Origin: Pseudomonadota bacterium
GTDB taxonomy: Bacteria > Pseudomonadota > Alphaproteobacteria > RF32 > CAG-239
Length of the DNA stretch: 64,000 nucleotides
Direction of reading: 5' to 3'
Assembly: GCA_918234285.1 (NCBI GenBank)
Contig: CAKJXZ020000012.1
Span: 1 to 64,000, forward strand
The notes below the pieces were generated by a model. The model did not search any database, was not told the DNA's origin, and saw nothing but the letters and a program-made list of their open reading frames with translations. Every line of letters begins with the position of its first letter. Positions within the stretch are counted from its first letter, which is position 1. The translations under genes and the position numbers were made by a program. Positions 60,926 through 64,000 of the stretch are shown piece after piece.

Positions 60926-61363
60926 TCAATTTCCGGATTTTTTCTCATGTCTGTGCTCGGATAGCAACACATACGCAAAACCGAAGATGATTAAGATACC
61001 GAAAAATGTGATAAAGCTGTAATTTGTATGAAAGGTAGCTTCAATCTGTGCTTTATTCCATTCTCCCAACATAAAGTAGGTACGATTGCCTTCCAGACGG
61101 TAGGAGCAATTGTGAAGTTCGACCGCTGTAACCGGCATTCCCACAACCGGTTTGATTTTGGTATAGCCGAGTTTTCTTTCGCCGGTATAAACTTTTTTTA
61201 CGGCATAACGGGTACTACCGATTTCCACATAATACACGCCTTCGTCTGCGGCGATTTGTCCGCTACCGATGATTTCCGGTTCAAGCGGTTCGCTGTCAAA
61301 ACACGAGCACCCCACCAATGCCACCCCGAGTGCGGCAATCAACATAAATACGATTTTTTTCAT
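60926..61363 (-). CDS. Hypothetical lipoprotein with C-terminal TM helix
   Basis: Lipobox LVGC; no Shine-Dalgarno. Confidence 0.75.
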   Translation of the reverse strand: MKKIVFMLIAALGVALVGCSCFDSEPLEPEIIGSGQIAADEGVYYVEIGSTRYAVKKVYTGERKLGYTKIKPVVGMPVTAVELHNCSYRLEGNRTYFMLGEWNKAQIEATFHTNYSFITFFGILIIFGFAYVLLSEHRHEKKSGN

Positions 61364-61461
61364 AAGCAGAATAATATTTTGGTTATAATTATAAATTTGT
61401 TGCTTTTGTTTTAAATAAAAAATCTGTTTAAGTCAAGCATTATGCTTTGTATGGTTGCCAT

Positions 61462-61702
61462 AAAAAAATAGTCCCTAAGGTGCTCGACCAAAGGGACTAT
61501 AACAGACATGAATATAGTTGACGCACAGAGTATCTCACGACAGTCTGACAACAACCTGCGTATTAATGCTTCACAGCATCGCCACGCACATTAGTAACTC
61601 TTTAAAACTAAAAACTTATGAATGACTACTACAATCTCACATTAATGTCTCTCGACATTTTACTTATGTGGTAATAAATAAATACAGCATAATATAATTG
61701 AT
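61462..61702 (-). ncRNA. Candidate small RNA (~240 nt)
   Basis: TTGATT-N16-TATAAT promoter (61736-61709), GNRA-capped hairpins, terminator ATAGTCCCT...AGGGACTATTTTTTT, no ORF of useful length. Confidence 0.55.
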
Positions 61703-61789
61703 GGGCTCATTATAGATGCTTATTTGCAAAAATCAAGCTTTTTTTATATATAAAAAAATCCCTCGCTGCGTGCCGCGCAAAGAAATAAA

Positions 61790-61939
61790 GTCATCCCTCT
61801 CGCAGCGCTGTGCGTCTGCGAGTCAAGGGATCCGACCTTTGCGAAGCGCAATATTTTATATAAAGCGGAAGCAATGCCTGCGGCATTGAAAGACGATATC
61901 CTTGGACGCACGGACACACCGTGCCGTGCAAAGGATGAC
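61790..61939 (+). repeat. ~150-bp palindromic interspersed element, full copy 3
   Basis: Same ends and core as 5811-5960 and 31170-31317. Confidence 0.9.
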
Positions 61940-61945
61940 AATAAT

Positions 61946-61982
61946 AAAAAAATCCCTCGCAGCAGTTAAGCAGCGGGGGATT
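61946..61982 (-). terminator. Intrinsic terminator, near-identical to 60883-60920
   Basis: AAAAAAATCCCTCGCAGCAGTTAAGCAGCGGGGGATT on the + strand. Confidence 0.8.
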
Positions 61983-61992
61983 AGAAGTTTAA

Positions 61993-62394
61993 TCAGAACA
62001 TGAGTTTTGCCAGCATCAGCAACAGCGACAGTCCGACAATTCCTTCGTAAATCGACGCCCAGAAGAACGGCGATATCAGAATTGCAGCAGCCGCAAAGAC
62101 AGCCGCGGCGGTAAAGCCCGCATGATACAGCACCAACACCACTCCGGCCATAATCATCCACTGATATTGCATCCAGAGTAGATGGACCATTCGGTGTAGA
62201 CTGATGTTGTAAATCAACGTATTGACCGCACATACCAATATTCCGATGAAGAAATAATTGCTAACCGTTTCCCAATCGGTAAGGTAGTACAGCGCGCCCC
62301 ACAGCAGGGCAATCACAACGTTGGTCCAACAGAAAATCCTCCGGAACTTTTTAAGTTGGTAGAGGCAGTAGTTCAGTATTGTTAACAGATTCAT
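61993..62394 (-). CDS. Hypothetical membrane protein
   Basis: Start MNLLTILNY overlaps the upstream stop (ATGA); several TM helices. Confidence 0.7.
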   Translation of the reverse strand: MNLLTILNYCLYQLKKFRRIFCWTNVVIALLWGALYYLTDWETVSNYFFIGILVCAVNTLIYNISLHRMVHLLWMQYQWMIMAGVVLVLYHAGFTAAAVFAAAAILISPFFWASIYEGIVGLSLLLMLAKLMF

Positions 62395-62702
62395 ACTTTC
62401 TTGGGTTTGCGTTTGTAATTTTTCAAGAACAAAGGCAACAGCATCAGTGCACCTAACGGCATTAGCCACCATGGTTTCGCCGGTGCAAAAATCTGAGTGA
62501 TGAAGATGAGGACGACGATCCAGAGCGTTTCTCCCGTAAACAAGAGAACAAGATAGTTGTTTTTGAGCCTTGACCTTTCGGCGGCATTCGAGCACATCTG
62601 TACTTTTTTGTTCATGTACTTGCGATAAGTCAGGAACAAAATGACAGCCACAAACAACCACGCCAAAACAATAATTGCGGGGTTTTCAAGTAATAACTTC
62701 AT
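62391..62702 (-). CDS. Hypothetical membrane protein
   Basis: About 3 TM helices; TTGACA promoter upstream; no Shine-Dalgarno. Confidence 0.7.
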   Translation of the reverse strand: MKLLLENPAIIVLAWLFVAVILFLTYRKYMNKKVQMCSNAAERSRLKNNYLVLLFTGETLWIVVLIFITQIFAPAKPWWLMPLGALMLLPLFLKNYKRKPKKV

Positions 62703-62820
62703 AGGCAATAATATTTGTAATGATAGAAATTTGCTATAATGATAATCAATGTAATGTCAAGTATATACAAAAAAACGACAAAGTCAATGACTTTGTCGTT
62801 TAAATCAGGCAAATGATTGT

Positions 62821-63264
62821 TTAAGCGTTTTGTAAAGCAGCCAGAACCTCGTCAACATGGCCGGCAACTTTAACTTTGCGCCATTCCTTGACGATTTTAC
62901 CTTCGGCATTGATAATGAAGGTGGAACGTTCAATACCCATATATTTACGCCCGTACATCGATTTTTCTTTCCAAACGCCGTATTTTTCCGCCAGCTCGTG
63001 ATTGACATCGGCCACCAACATAAAATTCAGATTTTGTTTTTGCTGAAACTTTTGATGGCTGACAACACTGTCCGGACTGACACCGACAACTTCGGCATAC
63101 GCCGTCAATCGGCTCATATTGTCGCGAAAATCACAAGCTTCTTTGGTACATCCGGAAGTATTGTCTTTCGGATAGAAATACAAAACCGCAGTTTTACCGT
63201 GGAGATTTTGTTCGTCAAACTCCGTCGGCTGTCCGTTTTTATCAATCGCTTGCAGAATCATCAT
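62821..63264 (-). CDS. bcp: Peroxiredoxin BCP
   Basis: VLYFYPKDNTSGCTKEACDFRD, YGVWKEKSMYGRKYMGIERSTF. Confidence 0.95.
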   Translation of the reverse strand: MMILQAIDKNGQPTEFDEQNLHGKTAVLYFYPKDNTSGCTKEACDFRDNMSRLTAYAEVVGVSPDSVVSHQKFQQKQNLNFMLVADVNHELAEKYGVWKEKSMYGRKYMGIERSTFIINAEGKIVKEWRKVKVAGHVDEVLAALQNA

Positions 63265-63286
63265 TTTCTCCCGTCAGCCGTGCCGA

Positions 63287-64000
63287 TTATTTTTTGAAAA
63301 TAACCACACCCGGAAGTTCTTTACCTTCCATCCACTCCAAAAAGGCACCGCCGGCCGTTGAAATGTAGCTGAATTTATCGGCCACACCGGCATTGGCCAA
63401 AGCCGATACCGTATCACCGCCGCCGGCAACCGAAGTCAATTTTCCGGCCTGAGTCAGTTCTGCGGCATATTGGGCAACGGCGTTGGTAGCGGCATCAAAC
63501 GGCTTAAGTTCAAATGCACCGAGCGGACCGTTCCATACCAAAGTTTTGCATTCTGCCAATTTGGCTTTGATGTTGGCAACCGTTTTGGTGCCGACGTCAA
63601 GCAAAGTTCCATCTTGCGGAATATTATCGATATCAACGGTTTTATGCGGTGCGTCGGCGGCAAATTCTTTAGCCCATACCAAATCCAATGGTAAAATCAC
63701 CTCGCAGTTATGAGCCTTGGCCGTTGCCAGAATTTCTTTAGCCGTATCAAGCATATCCATCTGCACCAAAGAGTTGTTTTCGTTAATACCGTCAGCGCCC
63801 AAAACTTTGAGGAAAGTATGAGCCATACCGCCGGAGATTACCAGTTTGTCAACCTTTTTAACCAAGTTATTCAATAAATCGAGTTTGGTGGAAACTTTGG
63901 AACCGCCGACAATAGCCATCAGCGGACGCGTCGGGTTATTCAAACCTGAAGTTAAAGCGGCAACTTCTTCCGCCATCAACAAACCCATGGCAGACGGCAA
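63287..64000 (-). CDS. pgk: Phosphoglycerate kinase (3' part, truncated by the window)
   Basis: [39 protein letters not shown]. Confidence 0.97.
   Translation of the reverse strand: MPSAMGLLMAEEVAALTSGLNNPTRPLMAIVGGSKVSTKLDLLNNLVKKVDKLVISGGMAHTFLKVLGADGINENNSLVQMDMLDTAKEILATAKAHNCEVILPLDLVWAKEFAADAPHKTVDIDNIPQDGTLLDVGTKTVANIKAKLAECKTLVWNGPLGAFELKPFDAATNAVAQYAAELTQAGKLTSVAGGGDTVSALANAGVADKFSYISTAGGAFLEWMEGKELPGVVIFKK

Noticed and set aside
62395-62661. Extended N-terminus of the 61993 ORF
   Set aside because: It overlaps the 62391-62702 gene; the ATGA-coupled start at 62394 is more plausible.

Overview
Chromosomal window from an Alphaproteobacterium (CcrM methylase, ffh leader RNA, recG/mfd head-to-head, ppx-rlmE order). 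It is most consistent with an uncultured gut-type lineage, which is an inference. Core genes: recG, mfd, ruvX, tolB, ffh-rpsP-rimM-trmD-rplS, dxs, prmA, aminopeptidase P, ccrM, two ppx/gppA paralogues, rlmE, tRNA-Ala(GGC), bcp and a partial pgk. The accessory content has five main parts. (1) A low-GC island at about 48.57-52.45 kb built like a polymorphic-toxin orphan-cassette array of an unrecognised family: start-less in-frame homology arms joined to different C-terminal domains, each followed by small membrane genes, with a ~100-bp direct repeat at both ends. (2) A 13.4-kb trimeric autotransporter adhesin with a non-canonical extended signal peptide, a downstream membrane-anchored Skp/OmpH-like gene and an A-tract-rich upstream region. 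(3) A dispersed ~150-bp GTCAT...GATGAC palindromic element in three full copies with extensive compensatory base changes. (4) A candidate ~240-nt sRNA with GNRA hairpins and anti-start-codon motifs, lying among Shine-Dalgarno-less orphan genes. (5) An NDT-like/metallophosphoesterase fusion protein. No CRISPR array, transposase, integrase or reverse transcriptase was recognised. All family calls are by eye from motifs; no database search was run.
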